This document shows, in pieces, positions 1-9,149 of a stretch of DNA of 64,000 nucleotides (position 1 is the stretch's first letter; the number at the start of each line of letters is the position of its first letter). The notes under the pieces were generated by a model. That model searched no databases, was not told the DNA's origin, and saw nothing but the letters and a program-made list of their open reading frames with translations. Location of the stretch: contig JAZLEQ010000042.1 in the NCBI GenBank assembly GCA_045615365.1, forward strand, positions 41,375 to 105,374, read 5' to 3'. Origin of the DNA: Alphaproteobacteria bacterium. Its GTDB lineage: Bacteria; Pseudomonadota; Alphaproteobacteria; RF32; CAG-239. The position numbers and the translations under genes are program-made.

Positions 1-138
1 GCAACCTATTCTCCCATCCAAACAGAAAAAATCCCTAACAAATTTTTCGGCATGATAAAATCCAAACCTTCTGACGGATTTAAAATAAATAAAAAATTAG
101 GAGATTTTTTAAAAAACCTAAAAATTTAGTCAAAAAAC

Positions 139-167
139 TAGACAAAACAACATTTTGTTGTTATAAT
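139..167 (+). promoter_or_regulatory. candidate sigma70-type promoter for the 202-6210 operon
   Basis: TAGACA (139-144), 17-nt spacer, TATAAT (162-167), about 35 nt upstream of the ATG at 202. The spacer carries the inverted repeat ACAACA-TTT-TGTTGT (147-161), a possible operator. Confidence 0.35.
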
Positions 168-201
168 TACAAATATAAACAGTTTTACAAGGGGTTTAAT
201 C

Positions 202-2163
202 ATGAGTGAAGCAACAGACAAAATCCGCGGAAACGTTGCAAAAATCATAGAAAACAGGCCAACGAATCCTCATCCCAACAATAAAACACCTTCGGCAAAC
301 GTAAATACCACCGCAAACACAACCACAGCATCAAATTTCATTCGCGCTGCTGCAACCATGTATCGTGCCAAAACAAACCCGTCATTTCAAATGTCCGAAA
401 AGAGCAAAGATGACTACAATGCAGCACTCCAAGCCTATGCCGAAAAGCATGGAAAACCCCTTAACGATGTAAAAAAAGACACAACTCCTGAAGATATCAT
501 CAAATCATTCGCTCGCGATATTCAAAAAAATTCACAAAATTCCGAAGAAGCCACACAAATAATCAAAAAAGACATCGATTCGGCCTACAAAGACCATCCG
601 GACCAACCTGCTCCAACACCCCCTGCTCTTCAAGCAGCAGCCAATGTTCCTTATCTTACCGACAAACAATTTGAAGAAGCAGATGAAAAGACGCAAGAAG
701 AATATCTTGCAAGCTTAGACGGCTACGAAAAAGATCGCCTCACCGAACTTCTGAAAAACAAACAACAAAGCAAAACAAAAGATGAAGACAATGCCGCTAA
801 ACTCACAAACGATGAAGACAACCCGCTGCCTCATACGGAAGATGAAAAATTCAAAATTGAAGAAGGCGATATCATCAAATACCTGATGAAAGAGATAGTT
901 CTGGCTTCTGCCGCATGGGCAGGCAACAAGGCAGCCGGAATGATAGGAACATTTGGTTTTTATGTTGCCAGAGAAGCTTGGCACGCATATAAAAACCGCG
1001 AAAAAAACAACATTTCCGGATCTGCAAACGCTCAAACCAATCAAAATCAAAATCCGCCCCTGAGTCAGCCTCAAAATCAACCCCAAACTCAAGAACAAAA
1101 TCCAAAAGAACTTTTTGATGTTCTTACAAATGTTTCGCAAATAAGCTCAGAATTTAAAAACCTTTTTGACAAATACGAAAAAGGTTTTGATCTTGTTTTG
1201 ACCAATACCTTGGCGCTTATGCAACACAACGCTTATTTTGATGGAAACAAATATAAATACGCAAAAACTTTCAATTCTTCAAACAACAAATTAGCCGGCT
1301 TCTCCGCTTTTAATGTTAACGAAGAACAAAAAACAGAATGGAAAGATTTGCAAAAAGCCTATGACAAACAAAGGCTTGAATCCTTAAACAAAAAGTTAAA
1401 TCCGGAGCAAGATTCTGCCAAGCAACAACAAATAACCGATTGGTTTAACCAAGTAAATAAAAGTCACGAGGAAGCAATAAAAAACGAAAAGGATACCGTT
1501 TCATCCCCCTCTCTACCGACAGAATTTGAAAAAGCCTTAAAGGAAACAAACGAAGAAATTTCTCAAAAGATAGTCGTTTCTCTTCACAATCAAAAGCTTA
1601 AACGACAAAATGAGCTTTTTGCCTACATGTATGCATCATACAAAATAGTCGAGCTTAGTATAAACTCCCCTTCTGACCCCCGTCTCACACAAACAGAAAA
1701 TTTAGAAAAACTTCACAAACAACTGTTTGAAGAAGGTTCAATCATTTTCTGGAAAGCAGAAAAAAGACGTTTAAACGGAGAAAACATCCCCTCTCGCGAA
1801 ACAATGATTGAAAAAATGACTAAACTTGCCAAAGATTCTAAAGAGGCAAAAGAAAACAACGCTTCGTTCAACTTTCCATCTCTTGATCTGTCTTACAAAC
1901 CCAAAGACAATCAAGAAAAACAAACTCTTTTAGACTTTGCCCAAAACACAACCGTTATTGATTTTTACAAAAACGAATTAATAAATAAAAAAACTCACAT
2001 TCAAGAGCTTCAAACAATTTTTAACATGAATCAAGACCACGACACCAGAACCCTCTTAGATAAGATAAAAATACAACGAAATTCTTTAGAAACAGAACAA
2101 AATAATACAAAAATAGGTTCTTTCAAAATTAACGAACTGAAAACTAAAACGGTTGGTATGTAA
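202..2163 (+). CDS. hypothetical 653-aa low-complexity (K/N/Q/E-rich) protein with one central hydrophobic segment
   Basis: Long ORF with AAGGGG upstream of the ATG. One predicted TM-like stretch (LASAAWAGNKAAGMIGTFGFYVA) is followed by a QNQNPPLSQPQNQPQTQEQNP tract. No recognisable catalytic motif. Its stop overlaps the next start (TAATG at 2161-2165). Confidence 0.7.
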   Translation: MSEATDKIRGNVAKIIENRPTNPHPNNKTPSANVNTTANTTTASNFIRAAATMYRAKTNPSFQMSEKSKDDYNAALQAYAEKHGKPLNDVKKDTTPEDIIKSFARDIQKNSQNSEEATQIIKKDIDSAYKDHPDQPAPTPPALQAAANVPYLTDKQFEEADEKTQEEYLASLDGYEKDRLTELLKNKQQSKTKDEDNAAKLTNDEDNPLPHTEDEKFKIEEGDIIKYLMKEIVLASAAWAGNKAAGMIGTFGFYVAREAWHAYKNREKNNISGSANAQTNQNQNPPLSQPQNQPQTQEQNPKELFDVLTNVSQISSEFKNLFDKYEKGFDLVLTNTLALMQHNAYFDGNKYKYAKTFNSSNNKLAGFSAFNVNEEQKTEWKDLQKAYDKQRLESLNKKLNPEQDSAKQQQITDWFNQVNKSHEEAIKNEKDTVSSPSLPTEFEKALKETNEEISQKIVVSLHNQKLKRQNELFAYMYASYKIVELSINSPSDPRLTQTENLEKLHKQLFEEGSIIFWKAEKRRLNGENIPSRETMIEKMTKLAKDSKEAKENNASFNFPSLDLSYKPKDNQEKQTLLDFAQNTTVIDFYKNELINKKTHIQELQTIFNMNQDHDTRTLLDKIKIQRNSLETEQNNTKIGSFKINELKTKTVGM

Positions 2164-2636
2164 TGAAAAAAGCTCTCAAAATTCTAAACAAACTGCTGGT
2201 TTTGTCTTTTTGGACATTTATTTTCGTTTCCGTATTTAACAAACTAATTGTTATTATATGGAATTTTGATTTTCTGTCACAAAGGTCATGGCAAATTTTT
2301 CACGAATGGTTTATTACCAACAAAGGTGTTATAAACACTAAATCCGATGTTTTCCTGCTGATAACAATACTGTTGTTACCGATTCTTTGGCTGACAGGCT
2401 GTTTTTTCACAACCAAAATAAACTTTTTAAAACTTATTCTTACCATGTTTGACAAGCTTTTTGACAACTCAAAAAAATTTATTCCGGAAAGAATAGTTTT
2501 AAAAAACATCAAGAGCGAAGAAAAAGAACTTGAAGAAATAAAAAACGAAATAGAATCCTTCAAACCCAAAAAAACATCCTTAGCCTCCTCTTTGAGAGAA
2601 GAATTAACAAAAAAAATATCAGAAACAAAAAAATAA
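2163..2636 (+). CDS. small membrane protein, paralog of the N-terminal module of the next gene
   Basis: 157 aa with two hydrophobic segments and a charged coiled C-terminus. It shares an ordered set of motifs with ORF 2691-3956 (FW-IF, W-FD, W..W, G-VI, P-WLT, KIN-). Confidence 0.7.
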   Translation: MKKALKILNKLLVLSFWTFIFVSVFNKLIVIIWNFDFLSQRSWQIFHEWFITNKGVINTKSDVFLLITILLLPILWLTGCFFTTKINFLKLILTMFDKLFDNSKKFIPERIVLKNIKSEEKELEEIKNEIESFKPKKTSLASSLREELTKKISETKK

Positions 2637-2690
2637 CCTATTGTTAAACTTTTATAAGCTAATATAATAGAAAGAAAAATCGGGAGAATC

Positions 2691-3956
2691 TTGTTGAAAC
2701 CTTTACTGACATTACTAAAAGTCGCTGTTGTTGGCATTTTTTGGAGCATCTTTTTCATTGAAGGAATCCGTGTAATAATGCTCAACAACTGGTATTTCGA
2801 CATTTTTCGTCTGTCGCATTGGGTTCACGCATGGAAACTTTGGCAATCAGGTTGGGTTATAGACGACCCGAAAGAATGGGCATTTATTTTAATAGTTTTT
2901 TCTTTCATACCGGTTTGGCTCACCATATGGATTTCCCTAAGCAAAATAAATTGGGGTGCAATATTTGTCCTTTTAAGCAAAATTCCATTCAAAATCATAA
3001 ACAATCTTTTTGAAAAACAACTTAAGGTTTTAACAAACACCGCTTCGGTTAAGGTTGTCAAAAAGAAAAAATCATATAAACAGATTCGTCCTAAAAGTCT
3101 CTCAGGAGCCTTAGAAACTTCAAGTGCCAAGCCACAAACATCTTTTGAAAACAAACAACAACCGACTTTTCAACAAACACCAACATCTTCAACATACACC
3201 CCAACAACACAACCTGTTCAACAACCGGCTCAATCTTCTCAAACAAGCAGTTTTTCTCATTCTTTGTTTGATATGGACGACGACCCCATAATAGATTTTG
3301 ATTTGTTTGAAGAAAAAGAAACCTCAAAACAAGAATCGAAAGATTTTTCGGAAAAAAACAAAAAACAACATCAAGCACAACAAACTCCTCAAAAGAAGAA
3401 AACATCCGAAAAAAAACCAAACAATCAACAAACTCAAACTCCAAGGAACAAATCCGGCGAAGCCAATTCTTCTTTTGAAATCATCAAACAAAAAGGCTAC
3501 GACATCATCTCAGGAGCAACTATTGATAACACATTTATTGACTTTGTCGGTGTTTCCAAAGATGCAATTTGCATCTGCCTAAACGACAAAGAACCTGGTG
3601 ATTGGCTTGCTGACGAAGAACGCTTCAACGACGAAGAACCCCTATGGTTTTCCGAAAGTTCCCACCGCATTTCTCCTGTCAGAAAGATAGCTTTGGTGCG
3701 CGATGCTTTGGAAGAAAAACTCAAAAAAGCCGACCTTTCTTTCAATATTATTCCTTTTGTCATTGAACAAATAGGCAACATTATCAACGCAGAAGACATG
3801 CTCGATATATGGAAAGATTTAGGCATTAACGTAACCCGTATTGACAGAGGTTCCCCTCGTGAAATTCCTTTGTTTGCAAAAACTCTGGAAAAAGCAGAAT
3901 CTTCCGTAGATAAAAACGTATTTGAAAAAATCAAAAAAATATTAAGAAACAATTGA
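2691..3956 (+). CDS. membrane protein: paralogous N-terminal module, Q/P/T/K-rich linker, C-terminal NERD / PD-(D/E)xK-like domain (inferred)
   Basis: TTG start. The N-terminal 90 aa are homologous to ORF 2163-2636. The C-terminus (FIDFVGVSKDAICICLNDKEPGDWLADE...WFSESSHRISPVRKI) follows the D...(D/E)xK...W...SP(I/V)R order of NERD-type nuclease-related domains. The domain call is by eye only. Confidence 0.6.
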   Translation: MLKPLLTLLKVAVVGIFWSIFFIEGIRVIMLNNWYFDIFRLSHWVHAWKLWQSGWVIDDPKEWAFILIVFSFIPVWLTIWISLSKINWGAIFVLLSKIPFKIINNLFEKQLKVLTNTASVKVVKKKKSYKQIRPKSLSGALETSSAKPQTSFENKQQPTFQQTPTSSTYTPTTQPVQQPAQSSQTSSFSHSLFDMDDDPIIDFDLFEEKETSKQESKDFSEKNKKQHQAQQTPQKKKTSEKKPNNQQTQTPRNKSGEANSSFEIIKQKGYDIISGATIDNTFIDFVGVSKDAICICLNDKEPGDWLADEERFNDEEPLWFSESSHRISPVRKIALVRDALEEKLKKADLSFNIIPFVIEQIGNIINAEDMLDIWKDLGINVTRIDRGSPREIPLFAKTLEKAESSVDKNVFEKIKKILRNN

Positions 3957-3975
3957 TAAATCTTTAGAGGTTATA

Positions 3976-6210
3976 ATGGCTATACAAAAAGAAGGTGAAG
4001 AGTGGAAAGAATATAACAATGCCGTTCGTTGGATGTCTATTGTTGCAATCGTCTCTTTATTAATAACAATATTTTTTGCAATAACCGCCATGCCTTTAGC
4101 CTATTTGGTAGGAAAAGGTATTTCTGCAGACAGCCTTGAAGATGTTAAAAAATTTTTATTTCTAACCTTTAATAAGTCTGGTTTTTTATTCAATCGCTAC
4201 TGGATTTGGATGAAACAACTATACGAATATCGCGGTCCTTTTTCCTTAAGTTTATGGCTTCCGATAATTCCTGTAATAAGCTTTCCCGTAGGGCTGGTAT
4301 TAGGAATTATCACCAACCCATATCGTTTTCAATCAAACATACACGGTTCTGCTCGTTTGGCAGATTTTAACGACATCAAAAAAATGGGACTTTTTGATGG
4401 CTTTTGCGTAGTAATAGGCAAATTCAAAGGTCGCCTGCTGAAAATGAACGAAACATTATCCGTTCTATGCTGCGCACCTCCGGGAACAGGTAAAACCGTT
4501 GGGGTTGTTATGCCAACCATCTTTAATTCACAAGGGATGAGCATTGTCGTAAACGACCCCAAGCCTGAACTTTGTTTTTCAACATCAGGCGCTCGCGCCA
4601 AAGTCGGACCGGTATTTATCATCAACTGGGGTATGGAAGATAGTCCTGAAGAAGGCATCTACTACCCGAGTTGGAACCCGCTTTCCCCCGGAGCTGTTCC
4701 TGTTGTTCCGTCTGCTCGTGATATGTATGTCGATTCCATGTGCAATATTTTAGTTGAAGACCCAAAAGGCGGTGCCGATCCCCACTGGTCAAAAACAGGT
4801 CGTGCAGCCCTCACCGGCTTCATCCATTTTATAGTATCAAAATGCGAACGAGCTCGTGCTAACGATTATTTCATCGGCCGTGTTTTTGAAGGAAAGCTTG
4901 ATGAAGAAGATAAAAGAGTTTTGGAAGGATACTATACATCAATGGGAGATCCCATGGCCGTAAAAGCCCTGCAAAATCTTCGCTCAAACACTATAAACAT
5001 TGATAACTATGTGCCAATCGGAACATGGAATCTTCTGCCTGAAAAATGGATTGGACATGAAGCCTGTATTGCCATGATTCTTGAATGGATCACCGAAGCA
5101 CAAATCAAACAAGCCCAAGAAATCAAACGTCGTTTAGAAGAAGGCGACCAAATGGCAGCCATGGCCGACCCCATGCGCGACCTTTTGGAAGCAGCTGTTG
5201 ATGAATGCCGCAAATTTGGCTATTCACCTCGTTCAATAGTTGAATTAAGCCAACTAAGCTCCATGCCTGACAAAGAACGAGGTTCTGTTCTTTCCACTGC
5301 CTTTGCCGGTATCAACATTTTCAAAAACTCGGCGGTTGTGGCTCGCACAAGCTTCTCCGACATCATGTTCAAAGACTTGCGTGGCTTAAAAGACCCCATT
5401 ACCGGCGAATTCAAACCCATCACCGTATACCTTTCGGTTAACCAAGTTGATGCCAGAGCTTTGAGTGTTATTTCAGGAACATTTATTGACCTTATGTCAT
5501 CCTATCTCATTGCCAACACACCAAACTTTGTAAACCCAACCGACGGAAAAATGGGACCGTTTCCTTGTTTATTTGCAATGGACGAGTTTCCGGCCATGCC
5601 CAAACTCAAAGCGGTTATTGACGGACCGGCCGTAGGACGCGGACAAAAAGTTTCATACCTTCTCATCGGACAAGACTTAGGACAAATTTCCGGAAAATAC
5701 GGTAAAGACGATTTGGAAACAGTAATATCCACCACCGCTTGCAAAATCATTCTTTCGCAAAACAACGAGCAAACAGCCCAACGTTTTTCCAAAATGATTG
5801 GTAACAAAACCGTTCAAACATCTTCATATTCAAAAAATGAAGGTGGGTTCTCCAAAGCGGCCAATCCTTTTGCCAAAAACGTAAGCTATCAATTAACCGG
5901 TGTCTCACTCATTTCAACCACCCAACTTTTGAGCTTACCCACATCTAAACAGGTTGTATTAATGCAAAACTACATTGACCGCCCGATTATGGCCGATTCT
6001 CCTCGTTGGTATCTTGATCCTAAGATGAAAGCCTTGCGAGCTCTACCTCCGGCACCAAACGTCCCCGATTGGATTGTTGCCCAACGCGAAGACATCAACG
6101 ACGACATGCTCGCCAAACTCGGAATCGAATACGACCCCGAAAACGATAACGAAGATTTTTCAGAGTTTGAAGAAGACAAATACGAAGAAGAAACAGAAGA
6201 CCAAGCCTAA
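3976..6210 (+). CDS. virD4: type IV secretion system coupling protein, VirD4/TraG family
   Basis: 744 aa with N-terminal TM helices, [15 protein letters not shown], Walker [18 protein letters not shown], Walker B-like LFAMDEFP and an acidic C-terminal tail ([19 protein letters not shown]). RBS GAGG lies upstream. Confidence 0.9.
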   Translation: MAIQKEGEEWKEYNNAVRWMSIVAIVSLLITIFFAITAMPLAYLVGKGISADSLEDVKKFLFLTFNKSGFLFNRYWIWMKQLYEYRGPFSLSLWLPIIPVISFPVGLVLGIITNPYRFQSNIHGSARLADFNDIKKMGLFDGFCVVIGKFKGRLLKMNETLSVLCCAPPGTGKTVGVVMPTIFNSQGMSIVVNDPKPELCFSTSGARAKVGPVFIINWGMEDSPEEGIYYPSWNPLSPGAVPVVPSARDMYVDSMCNILVEDPKGGADPHWSKTGRAALTGFIHFIVSKCERARANDYFIGRVFEGKLDEEDKRVLEGYYTSMGDPMAVKALQNLRSNTINIDNYVPIGTWNLLPEKWIGHEACIAMILEWITEAQIKQAQEIKRRLEEGDQMAAMADPMRDLLEAAVDECRKFGYSPRSIVELSQLSSMPDKERGSVLSTAFAGINIFKNSAVVARTSFSDIMFKDLRGLKDPITGEFKPITVYLSVNQVDARALSVISGTFIDLMSSYLIANTPNFVNPTDGKMGPFPCLFAMDEFPAMPKLKAVIDGPAVGRGQKVSYLLIGQDLGQISGKYGKDDLETVISTTACKIILSQNNEQTAQRFSKMIGNKTVQTSSYSKNEGGFSKAANPFAKNVSYQLTGVSLISTTQLLSLPTSKQVVLMQNYIDRPIMADSPRWYLDPKMKALRALPPAPNVPDWIVAQREDINDDMLAKLGIEYDPENDNEDFSEFEEDKYEEETEDQA

Positions 6211-6401
6211 TTTTCTTCTACGTTTTGTTCCTGAGAAAGCGCTTTTTCAAGCTCTTCCACGTCTTGTTCATCGATTCTTGTTGCTTCAAAGGTATATTTT
6301 TCGGAAAACCAATTACCCAAATCAATATCTGCACATCTTTTGCTGCAGAAAGGTTTGTATTTCAAATTTTCAACTTCTTTTTTACAAATAGGACACTTCA
6401 T
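6207..6401 (-). CDS. yacG: DNA gyrase inhibitor YacG (zinc-ribbon protein)
   Basis: 64 aa with CPICKK...[16 protein letters not shown], matching the YacG signature. It overlaps the rng-like stop by 4 nt and converges on the virD4 stop with a 4-nt overlap. Confidence 0.85.
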   Translation of the reverse strand: MKCPICKKEVENLKYKPFCSKRCADIDLGNWFSEKYTFEATRIDEQDVEELEKALSQEQNVEEN

Positions 6402-7558
6402 TTTTCAACTCTCCCCGTTCCACCGCAAGAAGCACATTCTTCGGTAAGCAAATCACGCAAAGTCGGTCTTTTTCTGGAGCGCACAATTTCCACATTACCT
6501 GCCCTGCTAAGCCCCAAAATTCTGGCTTTTTGCTCATCATTAGCCAAGTCTTCTTCTAAAATATCCATGCTTTTTTTCAAAAACTTATAATCAGACATCC
6601 CCGCAAAATCTATTATTATTTTTCCGGACAAATTGCGTAAAATAATTTGCTTTGCAATCTCTTTTGCAGCTTCCTGATTAAGCCTTCCCAATCCTCCCTG
6701 AGCCGAAACTTCTCCGCTGTCAACATCTATTGCCACAAAAGCTCTTGTTTCCTCAATAATTATTCTGCCTCCGCAATCAAGTTTAACTGTCTTTTGTAAA
6801 GCATCCTGCAACATTTCATCAATTCCTGCCTCATCAAAAGCTTTAGCACTGTAAACCACATTACAAACGTTTTTAAGCTCATTTTCCAACAAATGATTAT
6901 CAACAACAACCCTGTTTAAATTTTCAATATTTTTACCAATAAAATTATTCACCACATTTCCATTACAAGCAAGCAAAGTAGGTGCCTTACAATTTTTAGC
7001 TTTTTCCAACACATCTTCAAACTTTTTTTCCAAATATTTAATCTCGGAAACAATTTCTTCTTCCTTAGCATCCGAAGCAGCAGTCCTAATAGTCCACCCT
7101 CCTGTTTGAGTGTTTTCAATAACAATATTGGCAAGCTTTTCCCTTATATCATCATCTTCAATTTTAGCCGAAACATTAATTTCTTCACCATACGGCTTAT
7201 AAACCGACAAATTTCCGGCAAGTTGCAAAAAACGAGTAAGTCTTGCTCCTTTTTCAGCTCTTTTTTCTTGCAAGACTTGAACTATTACATTTTGTCCTTC
7301 ACAAGCGTTCAAATCTTCCAAATAATTTTCCTCAGCATTAATAAATGCATTTTTGTCATCACCAACATCAACAAAAAAACCTTCTTTTCCGTTTGCTGTC
7401 TGAATTTTTTTAACTATTTTACCTAAATAAATATTGCCTTCATTAACACCTTTTTCATCAATCACAAAAAATTCGCGCAATTCTTTTTTCAACAAACCAG
7501 CAACTTTAACAACACCATTGTTTTTGCTAACAACAATCTCATCAATCATATTAAACAA
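6398..7558 (-). CDS. ribonuclease E/G family protein (short alphaproteobacterial Rng-like form)
   Basis: S1-like N-terminus ([12 protein letters not shown]), catalytic-core motifs [16 protein letters not shown] and [10 protein letters not shown], and a C-terminal CASCGGTG. Confidence 0.85.
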   Translation of the reverse strand: MFNMIDEIVVSKNNGVVKVAGLLKKELREFFVIDEKGVNEGNIYLGKIVKKIQTANGKEGFFVDVGDDKNAFINAEENYLEDLNACEGQNVIVQVLQEKRAEKGARLTRFLQLAGNLSVYKPYGEEINVSAKIEDDDIREKLANIVIENTQTGGWTIRTAASDAKEEEIVSEIKYLEKKFEDVLEKAKNCKAPTLLACNGNVVNNFIGKNIENLNRVVVDNHLLENELKNVCNVVYSAKAFDEAGIDEMLQDALQKTVKLDCGGRIIIEETRAFVAIDVDSGEVSAQGGLGRLNQEAAKEIAKQIILRNLSGKIIIDFAGMSDYKFLKKSMDILEEDLANDEQKARILGLSRAGNVEIVRSRKRPTLRDLLTEECASCGGTGRVEK

Positions 7559-8117
7559 CCCCTGCTCCGATTAACAAATTTCTTGTTTCATACAAAGGCA
7601 AACCGACAACACCACTATATGAACCGTTAATATTTTCCACAAAAGCGCCCAAAAGACCTTCAATTTTATAACCGGCACACCCCATCCATTCTTTTGACGC
7701 AACATATTCTTTAATTTCTTGTTTGCTTAGTTTTTTCATTTTTATTTTTGTAACATTAAGCCTTTCGGCAATTTTTCCATTTTTATCAACCACACAAACA
7801 GCGGTCAAAACCCTATGATTTCTACCCGACAAAAGCTCCATTACTTTTGTTTGTTCATCATCACTATATGATTTTTGAATAATTTTGCGTCCGCAAACAA
7901 TAACTGTATCCGCTCCTAAAACAGTTTGTTTATTTTTTTCAAAAACAAACAAAGCTTTTTCTCTAGCCATTCTTTTTACATATTGCGAAGGTTTTTCATT
8001 TGCCAGAGGGGTTTCATCAATATTTGCCGGTTCTGTTTTCATCGGAACAAAACCTATTTGTTCCAACAAAGCTTTTCTCTGCGGCGATTGCGATGCTAAA
8101 ATAAAATTTTTACTCAT
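7551..8117 (-). CDS. maf: Maf-like nucleoside triphosphate pyrophosphatase
   Basis: ILASQSPQRKALLEQIGF...GADTVI...GAYGI-type motifs (GCAGYKIEG). The start is set at the internal ATG 8117 (MSKNF...) rather than the track start 8174. Confidence 0.85.
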   Translation of the reverse strand: MSKNFILASQSPQRKALLEQIGFVPMKTEPANIDETPLANEKPSQYVKRMAREKALFVFEKNKQTVLGADTVIVCGRKIIQKSYSDDEQTKVMELLSGRNHRVLTAVCVVDKNGKIAERLNVTKIKMKKLSKQEIKEYVASKEWMGCAGYKIEGLLGAFVENINGSYSGVVGLPLYETRNLLIGAGVV

Positions 8118-8176
8118 ACCAAAAATCCAAACAAAAAAAGGGGATATTTCATCCCCTAAAAAATTAAAAACCAAAC

Positions 8177-8602
8177 TTATGCTTCATCGTCATAAGTTTT
8201 TTCCATTCTTTCATGACGTTCTTGAGCTTCAATAGAATAAGTTGTAACCGGACGAGCTTCCAAGCGTTCCAAACCGATAGGATCACCTGTTTCTTCACAA
8301 TATCCGTAAGAACCGTCTTCAATTCTTTTCAAGGCATCATCAATTTTAGAAATAAGTTTTCTTGCTCTGTCTCTGGTTCTAAGCTCCAAAGCTTTATCCG
8401 ATTCCAAAGAGGCTCTATCAATTTGGTCGGGCTGGTTCAATCCGCCCTGTTTCAAATCATCCAAAGTTCCCATAGACTGACCGATTAAAGACTTTTTCCA
8501 AAAAAGCAATTTTTGTCTGAAATACATCAAATGTTTTTCGCACATATACTCTTCATCAGCCGAAGGTCTGTAGTCCGGAGAAAGAACAACTTCACTATCC
8601 AT
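8177..8602 (-). CDS. dksA: RNA polymerase-binding transcription factor DksA (zinc-finger cysteines mostly absent)
   Basis: Coiled-coil region with a DxxDxA-like tip (DQIDRASLESD). The C-terminus reads GSYGYCEETGDPIGLERLEARPVTTYSIEAQERHE. Only the first of the four canonical Cys positions is retained. Confidence 0.88.
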   Translation of the reverse strand: MDSEVVLSPDYRPSADEEYMCEKHLMYFRQKLLFWKKSLIGQSMGTLDDLKQGGLNQPDQIDRASLESDKALELRTRDRARKLISKIDDALKRIEDGSYGYCEETGDPIGLERLEARPVTTYSIEAQERHERMEKTYDDEA

Positions 8603-8699
8603 AAAACAACTCCTTAAAAAACAATATCAAAATTTTCACTAAAGATATAATAAACAAATAAAATTTCAAGCAAAAACATTGCTTTTTCCTTTTATATTT

Positions 8700-9149
8700 C
8701 TACAACATCAACTTAGCTAATTCCACTTCAACTCTCAACTCTATTTCATCAATAATTTCTTTAAGTTTTTCATCTGTAGTTTCAGCATTTTTTTGCTTAA
8801 CCAAGCGTGATATTTCAATAAGTCTGTCTTTAGAAATTTCTCCAAGCAACAATCCGTCTCTTATTTCCTCAAGCTTATCCAGTAAAGTTTTACCCTTATT
8901 TATCAACTTTCTTTTTATAAGTTTTTCTTCCTCACCATCAACTGCTTGCGCCAAAAAAATAGCATCAACTGAAGTAATATTAGACGTTGTTTGCACTTGT
9001 GTTTCTTTTTTATCGGCAATTCCGCTCAAATAATCAGCAAAATTTTCACTTCCGCCCACTCTGTTTGCCGATCTTGTTTTTGAAACATCACTATTTTTTC
9101 TTATATCATTAACCTTAAACAAAAAAACATCCCCTAGAAAAAAGTCCAT
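8700..9149 (-). CDS. fliX: FliX-like class II flagellar assembly regulator (inferred)
   Basis: VDAIFLAQAV...RKLINKGKTLLDKLEEIRDGLLLGEIS...LKEIIDEIELRVEVELAKL matches my recollection of the FliX family pattern (LLALQ...RRRAV.RG..LLD.L..L..ALL.G...L.EIE.RA.VELAKL). An alternative TTG start at 9122 would remove the 16-nt overlap with the upstream gene. Confidence 0.55.
   Translation of the reverse strand: MDFFLGDVFLFKVNDIRKNSDVSKTRSANRVGGSENFADYLSGIADKKETQVQTTSNITSVDAIFLAQAVDGEEEKLIKRKLINKGKTLLDKLEEIRDGLLLGEISKDRLIEISRLVKQKNAETTDEKLKEIIDEIELRVEVELAKLML

Noticed and set aside
1-129. Open reading frame running from the window edge to a TAG at 127-129 (…KINKKLGDFLKNLKI), possibly the 3' end of an upstream gene.
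   Set aside because: Only 42 codons are visible, the sequence is AT-rich and low-complexity, and there is no recognisable motif. It cannot be supported from this window alone.
1021-1100. The Q/N/P-rich stretch (QNQNPPLSQPQNQPQTQEQNP) considered as a DNA tandem repeat or contingency locus.
   Set aside because: The nucleotide sequence is not a clean tandem repeat. It is compositionally biased coding sequence only.
715-1140. Antisense ORFs inside the 202-2163 gene (715-1140 and 875-1105), and similar shadow ORFs inside other genes (e.g. 2300-2803, 2825-3154, 3091-3444, 3497-3952, 4329-4658, 5007-5807, 15337-15765, 18016-18399, 22117-22687, 23439-24013, 27039-27456, 34615-35912, 36384-37627, 41830-42547, 43353-44076, 44454-45134, 49310-49929, 55108-55573, 56621-57381, 59297-59671, 60873-61748, 62014-62762).
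   Set aside because: They overlap strongly supported genes on the opposite strand or in another frame. They have odd composition (F/L/S/C-rich or low complexity), no start context and no motifs, which is typical of shadow ORFs in AT-rich DNA.
6074-6590. Plus-strand ORFs 6074-6391 and 6225-6590 spanning the virD4/yacG/rng junction.
   Set aside because: They overlap the recognisable YacG and RNase E/G genes on the minus strand and the virD4 3' end, and their translations are low-complexity.
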